A stretch of 64,000 nt of DNA from Pyrodictiaceae archaeon (lineage in GTDB: Archaea > Thermoproteota > Thermoprotei_A > Sulfolobales > Pyrodictiaceae), in contig JALVSY010000007.1 of assembly GCA_027036135.1 (NCBI GenBank), positions 1,074,884-1,138,883 of the forward strand. The letters are read 5' to 3'. Both the position numbers and the translations under genes were made by a program. Each line of letters opens with the position of its first letter. The stretch's first letter is position 1. The notes beneath the pieces were generated by a model. It saw nothing but the letters and a program-made list of their open reading frames with translations. It was not told the origin of the DNA and ran no database searches. Positions 8,448 through 16,220 of the stretch are shown piece after piece.

Positions 8448-9254
8448 TCACTGCTCCTTCCTTGAGAGCCCCAACGCCTCGGCAAGTCTCCTAAACACGC
8501 TCCATCTCCCACGGTAATACTCGGGATGGAGCCCGGCATCAACAGCGATAACCAGCAAACCAGCAACAATTATCGATAACGCCCTAGCGAATGAGAGTAT
8601 AGTTATCCTTGGCTTCATAGCAGTCCTTATGGTTATCTCTAGGGAGCCTACCCCTCTTCCTAGCGGAGTACCGTATATGAGACTAGTTTGGAGTGCTTGT
8701 TGTAGAGCCTGTGTACCCGGTATGGTGTTGCCGTAGCTGATTACGTCAAAGGAGCTCGCTGGCAAATAATAAACAACTACTATTGTTACGCTATTACCGC
8801 CCAGCTTGGTTACATCGATGCTCGCTCTCCAGGGCAGATTATGATAGACCAGTATACTGGTCTTTGACCTTGTCTGCGACATAAGTGAGAGCCTTATCGC
8901 ATAGTCTATCTCGCGGAAAGACTCTACCCTCGGCGGCGGTGGCTGAGGAGACCGGCATCCCGGAGCTATGTATACGTGTAGTCTTATTGCTGCGGGGTTC
9001 CTTATCTTAATCATCCATGGCGCTATAGTGTGGCTCACTAGTCTTACTGCTAGGTATGTTTGGTAAGCATCGCTGTAGGGCAGTGAGGTGCACATAGAGG
9101 CCGTGAGGTATATCCCGTCCCTGCTAATCGATAATTGGCCTCCCGTACTTATACTTGAGCTGAAGGGTGTACCGGTTATGCTCGGCACCGCGATGGCTGC
9201 GATCGAGGCTATTCCAGCAACTAGTAACACTACACCGAGTGTCCGTATGAGCAT
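8448..9254 (-). CDS. membrane-anchored extracellular protein, unknown family
   Basis: N- and C-terminal hydrophobic anchors. Last gene of the minus-strand ABC ATPase / ABC-2 permease unit. Confidence 0.5.
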   Translation of the reverse strand: MLIRTLGVVLLVAGIASIAAIAVPSITGTPFSSSISTGGQLSISRDGIYLTASMCTSLPYSDAYQTYLAVRLVSHTIAPWMIKIRNPAAIRLHVYIAPGCRSPQPPPPRVESFREIDYAIRLSLMSQTRSKTSILVYHNLPWRASIDVTKLGGNSVTIVVVYYLPASSFDVISYGNTIPGTQALQQALQTSLIYGTPLGRGVGSLEITIRTAMKPRITILSFARALSIIVAGLLVIAVDAGLHPEYYRGRWSVFRRLAEALGLSRKEQ

Positions 9255-9257
9255 AGT

Positions 9258-10007
9258 TTACACCTCTATTCTCTCAGAGTACTTTAATAATAGGGCTACG
9301 AGTGCTGCAGAGCCCCCATAGGAATATAGTAGGCCGAAAACCCTGACCATGGAATCGTTCTCGAAAATTACTACAGCTGGATGAAATATAGATGTGAAGA
9401 CTGTAAGTACCTCATCGCTTATGTGTAGCCCAAGTGTGCTTGAAAGTATGCCTAGGATCAGTAGGCCTAGTGCTGGGATTAGGAACATGAATGATAGCAT
9501 GGCGAAAACTGCTCTACTCTTGTTTCTCAGCAATAGTGATAAGAATAGCGTTAGTAGTGCTATGTAGAGGAGCTCCCCGAGGGTATAGATTACTGGCTCG
9601 TATATGATTGGCTTTGTTACGAGTCTTGGTGATAGGACGAGGGCTGGGATGAGGATCGCAGCGATGTAGCTAACGCCCAGCAGGGCTGGGCCAGCTAGGA
9701 GCCATGCAGCCATGTACTCCCTCTTAGTAATTGGTTGCACTAGGTATATCATTGCCTGGCCAGTGCCTACCTCGTCCGCTATACCGGTTAACATTAGAGC
9801 CGCCATTAGGGTATAGATTACTCCGAGGAATACCTCGGTGCCCTTCGTAGCGTCTGGATCGAAGCCAGTAACGGGTAGGAAGACACCATTGAGCACCGAG
9901 ACTAGGATGACTAGGGTGATTAGTGCCTTCCCCAGCGTATTCATGACTATAAAGTCTGTCTGGGCTAGTATAGCATCCAGGCTAATTCGCTTCATCTCGG
10001 TGCTCAC
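9258..10007 (-). CDS. ABC-2-type transporter permease
   Basis: 249 aa, about 6 TM segments. Start overlaps the upstream ABC ATPase stop by 4 nt (10004-10007). Confidence 0.65.
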   Translation of the reverse strand: MSTEMKRISLDAILAQTDFIVMNTLGKALITLVILVSVLNGVFLPVTGFDPDATKGTEVFLGVIYTLMAALMLTGIADEVGTGQAMIYLVQPITKREYMAAWLLAGPALLGVSYIAAILIPALVLSPRLVTKPIIYEPVIYTLGELLYIALLTLFLSLLLRNKSRAVFAMLSFMFLIPALGLLILGILSSTLGLHISDEVLTVFTSIFHPAVVIFENDSMVRVFGLLYSYGGSAALVALLLKYSERIEV

Positions 10008-10984
10008 CCCGCGGTCTCAACAGCTCTCCTATAGAGTTGGTCTAGGTAGCTCGACTTAGCCTCGTAGCTTAGGACTAGGCCCTCCGAGACTAGCTCGTCG
10101 AGTACATGATGTACCTCAGTACTGGCTCTGGAATCAACGTGGACCTCGAGGGTGTTGTCGTCCTTTATTAGGACGCCTTTAACGTGCTCGAGGCCTATGA
10201 GTTGTTGCGCAACACGTCTTGGTTCACGACTAGTCTTAACCTCGTATATTGTGACCGCGCCATACTTGGCTGAGAGTTCATCGAGTCTCCCGTAATCAAT
10301 GACTACGCCGCGGTGTATGAACACGGCGTAGTCTATTACTAGCTGTAGCTCTGGCAATATATGGCTGGATATGATTACTGTTGCTCCTAGGTCCCGCTTA
10401 AGAGTAGCTATTAGCTCGAGCATCTCCATCCTCGCGATTGGGTCGAGGTTAGCCGTTGGCTCATCGAGCAACAGTATCTCGGGCTGGCTTAGCAGGGTTT
10501 GTGCTAATCCGAGTCTCTGGAGATAACCCCTAGACATAGCCTTGATGGGCTTATCCAGGTACTTGTCTATCCCGACTAGCCGGGCTATGCGCCTAACATC
10601 GCTCCAGGGAACTCTGCGCAACCGGGCCACGTGGCGGAGGAAATCCTCTACACGAACCGATAACGGGTAAACAGGTCTCTCGGGCAAGAAGCCCGTCAAT
10701 GCTTTGACTTCTCTCTCCTCGCGCTCCGGGTCGAGCCCCTTCACCGATACCTCGCCGGAGTCGCGGCGAAGCAGGCCAACCATTAGCTTTAGGCTAGTAG
10801 TCTTGCCGCTACCATTAGGCCCCAGGAAGCCTGCGAGAGCGCCACTAGGGACTATGAAGCTAGCACCTTGGAGTGCTGTGACACGGCGCTTACCGCTACC
10901 ATATGTTTTCACAACGTTGCGAAACTCTATCAACGAAGCTGTACCCCCGCGATAGGGAGACGCGGCAAGAGGATAGTGGAACAA
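10004..10984 (-). CDS. ABC transporter ATP-binding protein (ABC-2/CcmA-like exporter type)
   Basis: Walker A GPNGSGKTT, signature-like MSRGYLQRLGLAQ, Walker B ILLLDEPTANLD, H-loop SSHIL. Confidence 0.85.
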   Translation of the reverse strand: MFHYPLAASPYRGGTASLIEFRNVVKTYGSGKRRVTALQGASFIVPSGALAGFLGPNGSGKTTSLKLMVGLLRRDSGEVSVKGLDPEREEREVKALTGFLPERPVYPLSVRVEDFLRHVARLRRVPWSDVRRIARLVGIDKYLDKPIKAMSRGYLQRLGLAQTLLSQPEILLLDEPTANLDPIARMEMLELIATLKRDLGATVIISSHILPELQLVIDYAVFIHRGVVIDYGRLDELSAKYGAVTIYEVKTSREPRRVAQQLIGLEHVKGVLIKDDNTLEVHVDSRASTEVHHVLDELVSEGLVLSYEAKSSYLDQLYRRAVETAG

Positions 10985-11023
10985 ACCATGGTTTTCATGG
11001 AATGTATAGTCTCTGTCTAACTA

Positions 11024-11054
11024 TTTATAGCTTGGTGTAGATGCCAGCTACACC
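11024..11054 (+). promoter_or_regulatory. TATA-like box plus 21-bp palindrome, copy 2
   Basis: TTTATAGCTTGGTGTAGATGCCAGCTACACC. Same block as at 3163-3193 (reverse) and 35819-35851. Confidence 0.45.
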
Positions 11055-11067
11055 GGGAAATTAATTA

Positions 11068-11107
11068 GGTTACGGGGGGTGTAACCTGGTTATAGGGGGT
11101 GTAACCT
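11068..11107 (+). repeat. tandem 20-nt direct repeat, each unit a short hairpin
   Basis: GGTTACGGGGGGTGTAACCT followed by GGTTATAGGGGGTGTAACCT (2 mismatches). Arms (A)GGTTAC/GTAACC(T) are self-complementary. Lies exactly where the ATPase start codon is expected. Confidence 0.8.
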
Positions 11108-12203
11108 GCTATTCAGGCTCGGAGTCAAAGAGGATCCAAGAGACTTCTACAACTACGAGGAGGAGCTTCAGACACTGCTAAGAGGCCTAGGCGATGAGCT
11201 CGCACGGCTCATTGTCGTAAAGGGTGTTAGGAGGATAGGGAAATCATCCCTAATACGCGTGGGTCTCAGCCTCCACGAGAACGGGTTGCACCTTGTGCTA
11301 GATGCACGCTCCATACCAGTACTCAGTACCGACACGGTCTACGACTTGTTGGCTAGGAGCCTAACCAGCTTAGTGACGAGAACCAGTCTCAGAGCAGTAA
11401 TCTCGTCCGTGCTATCTAAAGTAGAGGGCATAAGCATTAATGGAGTACAAATAGGTATTAGGAGGCGCCGCCCCGACGTACTGGTAGAGATTGCAGAGGC
11501 CCTAGGAGAAGTAGCTGAGAGGACTGGTAAGAAACTAATCCTTGTGTTCGACGAGGCACAAGATTTCAGAATAGTGCCCGGGTTTACGCGGATGCTCGCA
11601 CACATATACGACTACATCGATAACGCCAAGATAGTCCTAGCTGGCTCCGAGGTAGGCCTCCTAGACAAGCTACTCGGGAAGAACGATCCCTCGGCACCCC
11701 TCTATGGCAGAGCATTCCTCGAGATAGAGATGAGGAGACTAAGCAGAGAAGCATCAATAGATTTCCTCACAAGGGGATTCGAGGAGCTAGGCATGAAGTG
11801 GCCCCAGCAATACATAGAGGAGGCAGTGGACTCCCTCGACGGCATACCTGGCTGGTTAACGAGCTACGGATACTACAGCTACGTCTACAGGAACCATAGA
11901 AGGGCCCTCGAGAAGACTCTTGAGGAGGGAGCAAGTATTGTTAGGAGCGAGATAGAGCGCTTCCTAGCAAACCGGGCTGCTGCTCGTATACGCTACCTAT
12001 CCCTACTGAGATGCCTATCGCTACGAGACATGAGGTGGACCGAGCTAAAAAGGTGCCTCGAGACAAGTATCAGCAAGCAGCTAAACAAGTCACAGTTCAA
12101 CCGCTATGTAAGAGAGCTACGGGACTACGGCTTCGTGGAGAAGAGAGACGAGTACTATACGCTAGCAGACCCCTTGATAAGGCATGCTGTGACGCGGTAC
12201 TAG
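11085..12203 (+). CDS. archaeal ATPase (PF01637-like, ORC/Cdc6-related P-loop NTPase); no canonical start before the P-loop
   Basis: Frame is open from 11085. Walker A GVRRIGKSSL is encoded near 11220-11250, upstream of the track start (GTG 11259). Walker B LILVFDEAQ. C-terminal wHTH-like tail. No ATG/GTG/TTG lies between 11085 and 11259. Confidence 0.7.
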   Translation, partial: PGYRGCNLLFRLGVKEDPRDFYNYEEELQTLLRGLGDELARLIVVKGVRRIGKSSLIRVGLSLHENGLHLVLDARSIPVLSTDTVYDLLARSLTSLVTRTSLRAVISSVLSKVEGISINGVQIGIRRRRPDVLVEIAEALGEVAERTGKKLILVFDEAQDFRIVPGFTRMLAHIYDYIDNAKIVLAGSEVGLLDKLLGKNDPSAPLYGRAFLEIEMRRLSREASIDFLTRGFEELGMKWPQQYIEEAVDSLDGIPGWLTSYGYYSYVYRNHRRALEKTLEEGASIVRSEIERFLANRAAARIRYLSLLRCLSLRDMRWTELKRCLETSISKQLNKSQFNRYVRELRDYGFVEKRDEYYTLADPLIRHAVTRY

Positions 12204-12205
12204 AT

Positions 12206-13267
12206 TTACCCCACGGTCTTCCTAACAAGCTCCAACGCGTCCCTTATCAAGCGAGTCCGGGCACCATACCTTGTCTTCTCCTCGTACTCTATGAGTTTCT
12301 CGACACGGGGTATGAGGCGGTGATTAAGCACATGGAACAGTACAGCGTCAACGTCGCGTGGCTCAGCACTATCCCTTCCCTCCAGCGCGGCCCGTGCCTT
12401 GGCCGCTCGTAGCAGTGCTATCCCGGCCCTCGGGCTAGCACCAAGCTCAAGGTACTCCGCTACGGGCTCGAAGACCTCTGGCCTAGTAGCTCTCAGCAAC
12501 CGAGCAATATAGTCAAGCACCTCCTCCGAGACAGTCACATGGCTAGCAACAACCCCCTGTGCCGCGACAAGCCAGCCGGGCTCAACAAGGGACTCAAGGT
12601 CCTCAACGGGCTCAACGAGCCTAGACGAGTGGAGCCTTAGGATACGCTTCTCGTCCTCTAGGGTCTCAGGATACCCTATGAGGATCCTCATAAGGAATCT
12701 ATCGAGCTGTGCCTCTGGCAGGGGATAAGTTCCCTCCTGCTCCACCGGGTTCTGGGTAGCAAGTACTAGGAAGAACTTACCCCGGTCACGGTACTCAAGC
12801 CTATAGGTCTTATCGCCTATAGTTACCTCCTTCTCCTGCATCGCCTGGAGCAGCGCTGACTGTGTACGAGGAGTCGCGCGGTTAATCTCATCCGCCAAGA
12901 CAAGGTACGCGAATACCGGCCCAAAGCGTGGCTCAAAGCCACGAGTAGCAGGGTTGTACACGAGGCTACCAGTTATATCGCTTGGCAAGAGATCCGGGGT
13001 GAACTGGATACGAGAGAACCCCCTGAAAGGCACACCCTCTATGACCTCCTCGCGGCCAAGGAGTCCCAGGAGCCGAGCAAACCCCTTGACCATAGTGGTC
13101 TTAGCTACCCCGGGCACACCCTCCAACAAGACATGGCCATTAGCTAGCAAGGAGACAGCAATAAGCCGGGTAGCCTCGCCAAGCCCGATAACCACGCCCT
13201 CAACACGTTCAACGATCTCCCCCATAACCTCCCTTACATCATCGATACCACGAACAGTAATCGACAA
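12206..13267 (-). CDS. moxR: MoxR-family AAA+ ATPase
   Basis: Walker A LLEGVPGVAKTT, Walker B/sensor LADEINRATPRTQSALLQAMQE, typical 353-aa length. TTG start. Confidence 0.9.
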   Translation of the reverse strand: MSITVRGIDDVREVMGEIVERVEGVVIGLGEATRLIAVSLLANGHVLLEGVPGVAKTTMVKGFARLLGLLGREEVIEGVPFRGFSRIQFTPDLLPSDITGSLVYNPATRGFEPRFGPVFAYLVLADEINRATPRTQSALLQAMQEKEVTIGDKTYRLEYRDRGKFFLVLATQNPVEQEGTYPLPEAQLDRFLMRILIGYPETLEDEKRILRLHSSRLVEPVEDLESLVEPGWLVAAQGVVASHVTVSEEVLDYIARLLRATRPEVFEPVAEYLELGASPRAGIALLRAAKARAALEGRDSAEPRDVDAVLFHVLNHRLIPRVEKLIEYEEKTRYGARTRLIRDALELVRKTVG

Positions 13268-13288
13268 GGAAGCCTACACCCCTAGGAG

Positions 13289-14211
13289 CTACTTGGTCAA
13301 CACTATATCAGCTACCTTGAGCACCCGGCTCCACGGGACATCCACGAAGGAGCCGCGGAGCGGCTCCCTGACAACAAACTCCTCCAACAAGTCCCCCACC
13401 TTGTCAACCACACCCAGCTCCTCCAGTAACTCCCTTACACGGGGCAGGAGCGAGAGATCAAGCCGGGGCGAGACAAGTGGGTCACGATACTCAGCAAGCC
13501 TCTCATATACCTGGAGAAGCCCCTCTTCTTCAATGAGTTAAGGAACCCAAGCCAGTTAATATACCCAGACACGCCCTCGCTGCGACTAACCCGGAGCCCA
13601 GGCTCACCCGGCCCAATAACGAGGTCCTCCACGTAGCCAAGAACCCCCTCGGAGAGACTAACCACTAGCCGGCCCCGAATCTCCTCCAATGGAGGAACCC
13701 CAGGCCTTTCCAACACAGGTTTGCGGCCACGGTACCTAGCCTCACGGGGAGTACGAAGAACAATAACCTTTTCAACAACCTCCTCGGAGCCATGAACAAG
13801 CCTACGAGAATCAACAACAGCAACCTCGCTAACCGGGACAAGAGCCTTCAACAAACGAACCCTAGACTCAGCAGACCGATAAGGAACATCAACACCAAGC
13901 TCCCGGGCACGAGCAACCAAGACCTCCAAAGGCTCACCCGGCCTAACCCTCACACCACGGTCACGAAGAGCCTCAACAAGCCTATCAACATCAACTACAG
14001 GCTGACGAGCACTAACCTCGACAACAACCCGGAGAAACAAGACACCACCACGAACAACATAGCCATCAAACAATCCATAAAACAAGCCCTCAGAATCAAA
14101 AACCCGGGCACCACCAAGCTCTTCAGCACTAAAGAACCTAGCCACCAAACACACCCACAACAATAGAACAAAACAAAACCAAACAAAAACACACCCACAA
14201 TCACAACTCAC
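13289..14211 (-). pseudogene. PRC-barrel-like protein, reading frame shifted near 13538 as sequenced
   Basis: N-terminal ELGGARVFDSEGLFYGLFDGYVV resembles a PRC barrel. The track ORF ends at 13435 in an implausible tail. The adjacent frame (13537 down to TAG at 13289-13291) encodes a plausible 82-aa end, LIEEEGLLQVYERLAEYRDPL...VLKVADIVLTK. Confidence 0.5.
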
Positions 14212-14220
14212 TCCGACTAC

Positions 14221-14451
14221 ATGATGAGCCCGTCTACCTTAACCTTTAAACTCCTTTTTCTTTTCCCTTGGGAACACTCCGTGAGCGGAGTTGCAAGGTT
14301 CCTCGGGAACAACGATTCAACTCTATTCAAACCCATGGGAACACCTTCAAGGCCTCAGAGCACCAGATGCACGGGAATTAGACTCGTTCCGACAAACATA
14401 AATAACCAGATCATACCGGGTACCATTCGGACCCAAAAGGGAACCATACCA
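14221..14451 (+). promoter_or_regulatory. putative CRISPR leader
   Basis: Non-coding flank on the side predicted to be upstream if repeats are transcribed so that they end ATTGTAAG (similar to the crenarchaeal 8-nt tag ATTGAAAG). Orientation not proven. Confidence 0.35.
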
Positions 14452-14756
14452 GACATACTCAATAGAGAATTGTAAGCGTGATGCTTGCCCGGGGCGGCCC
14501 GCCAGTTATATAAGAAAATGACATACTCAATAGAGAATTGTAAGTGGAAGTTCTCCTCACACATGCATCAAGCTTTGCTAGCTCATCAAAGACATACTCA
14601 ATAGAGAATTGTAAGCAATCGTTAGTCTCTCTGCACCCAGCTTCCTGGCAAGTTCCTCCAGTGACATACTCAATAGAGAATTGTAAGTTTAGTCTTAGCC
14701 TGTAGCCGCTTAGCCAGCTTATTATGAAGTGGACATACTCAATAGAGAATTGTAAG
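14452..14756 (+). CRISPR. CRISPR array, 5 identical 25-nt repeats and 4 spacers
   Basis: GACATACTCAATAGAGAATTGTAAG at 14452, 14520, 14591, 14663 and 14732. Spacers of 43, 46, 47 and 44 nt are all unique. No cas genes in the window. Confidence 0.92.
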
Positions 14757-14832
14757 TTGATACTAGAAGTAATAATATGTATGTGGTTTTTATTTACTTT
14801 ACTAGCTCTAGTAATGGGATGGGCGCTGGTTC

Positions 14833-15242
14833 TTGGATAATGGAGGAGTGAATGAGGAGCTTGCTAGGAGCCTTGATAAGGAGTGGCATAGATTCTTTAA
14901 TGGTCGCTGCAAGGTTTCTGTGAGGTATTGTTACTTGTTCTATGATGCTGAGAACAATATTGTCTTTGAGAAAGAGTGCAGCTTTCGTGATCTCGGTGAC
15001 GCTGTTCGTGCTCTTAAGAAGCGCGCAACGAGCTTGAGGGAGGCGGTGCTTCTTGTAGACCTGTGTCCGAGAAGGATTTCGTTGGTGCTCCTATCTATGT
15101 ATGTGAGGTTCCTCTCGAGCAGGATCATGGTGTTAGAGTAGCGAGAATTATTGGTAGAATTGATATGATTACTCGTGGTAGGGAGGAGCGTAGGAAGCTG
15201 AACCAGCTATTATCCTGGTTCTGGTTTTTGCGCAAGCGATAG
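14833..15242 (+). CDS. small hypothetical protein upstream of DUF58; possible frameshift near 15067, or two small ORFs
   Basis: Track ORF 14833..15141 ends in a poor tail. The -1 frame from about 15063 (GTG) to TAG 15240-15242 encodes the more protein-like SEKDFVGAPIYVCEVPLEQDHGVRVARIIGRIDMITRGREERRKL... Confidence 0.35.
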
Positions 15243-15251
15243 ATAAGATCC

Positions 15252-16208
15252 ATGGGCGTATGCTTTATGTCTTCTCGGGCTACAGATAGCGGGGTTGGCG
15301 GTGGCTTGTCAAGTAGTGCTTGTAGGCTCTTTGATAGGGGGCTGCGTAGTGCCCGGGGGTTTGCTGAGAGTCTCTATACGGGGCTCTCGCGTAGCCGCGA
15401 GACGGGCCTCGGGCTAGAGTATGTTGATTTCCGCGACTACGTCTACGGGGACGATATCCGCTATGTTGATTGGAGGCTTAGCGCTCGCCGCGTCGATCCT
15501 AGTGGAGAGCACCGGCTCGTTGTCAAGGTTTTCCAGGCCGAGAGGATGATTAACACAGTGTTCGTAGTAGACCTCACAGCATCAATGGGCTTCGGGGAGA
15601 AGCTCTGGATGCTCGGCTACGTATCCATGGTTCTTGGCTCCTTAGCAGCTAGCCTAGAGGATAACGTCACAGTCCTTGTTATCCGCGATGATATCCGTGC
15701 CTATGTTCCTCGTTCTCCCCGCGAGCTACCCTTGCTCCTCGAGGGCATTGTTTGCCGAGGAGAAGCCCCCCAGGGAGACCTAGGCCTAGATGGGGTCGCT
15801 AAGCGTCTTCACAGGGCTCGTTACCGCCCAGTAGTACTGGTAACTGACTACGCCCACGGTACCGAGGAGTTCTACGGGTTTCTTCGAGCAATGAGGGCTC
15901 AGCGCAACCGCGTCTATAGCGTGCTCCTCCTAGACCGCTACGAGGTAGAAGAACCAATCGAGAACGCCGTAGTGGCTCTAGTTGACCCGGAGACCGGGGC
16001 CGTGGCCAGGGGTAGGCTCAGATCCCTCTATGACGCGGCTCGGAGACACGTAGCCGGGGTAAGGGCGGTTGCTAAGCTATACTCTGTCTCGTTCACCGAG
16101 CTACTCGGTAAGACGGGGGCCATAGCGATGAGGCATAGGCTCGTGAATGGTTACCTAAGGACCCGAAGCGGGCTCCGAGCAGCCCTAGGCTCTCCTGCGC
16201 TGGGTTAG
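15252..16208 (+). CDS. DUF58-domain protein (MoxR-associated, vWA-like)
   Basis: Signature FRDYVYGDDIRYVDWRLSARR (the REYxxGDxxRxIDWKxxAR type), followed by a vWA-like segment VFVVDLTASM. Confidence 0.85.
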   Translation: MGVCFMSSRATDSGVGGGLSSSACRLFDRGLRSARGFAESLYTGLSRSRETGLGLEYVDFRDYVYGDDIRYVDWRLSARRVDPSGEHRLVVKVFQAERMINTVFVVDLTASMGFGEKLWMLGYVSMVLGSLAASLEDNVTVLVIRDDIRAYVPRSPRELPLLLEGIVCRGEAPQGDLGLDGVAKRLHRARYRPVVLVTDYAHGTEEFYGFLRAMRAQRNRVYSVLLLDRYEVEEPIENAVVALVDPETGAVARGRLRSLYDAARRHVAGVRAVAKLYSVSFTELLGKTGAIAMRHRLVNGYLRTRSGLRAALGSPALG

Positions 16209-16220
16209 CGGGGAGGTCTG

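Noticed and set aside
13274-13280. Isolated GGTGTAG half-sites just upstream of minus-strand starts (13274-13280, 31451-31457, 41586-41592) as extra copies of the palindromic operator
   Set aside because: Only one arm is present, and it sits 3-8 nt before the start codon. They are better explained as GGTG-type Shine-Dalgarno sequences complementary to the 16S rRNA 3' end.
12954-13541. 195-aa plus-strand ORF overlapping the moxR 5' end and the PRC-barrel gene 3' end
   Set aside because: It is a Ser/Thr/Pro-rich translation of the A/C-rich strand and is antisense to two better-supported genes.
13792-14166. 124-aa plus-strand ORF (Asn/Thr/Lys-rich)
   Set aside because: It is a by-product of the extreme A/C skew. 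The opposite strand encodes a PRC-barrel-like protein with normal composition.
14221-14564. ORFs 14221..14475 (+) and 14355..14564 (-) near or over the CRISPR array
   Set aside because: They run through CRISPR repeats and spacers, so they are non-coding by context.
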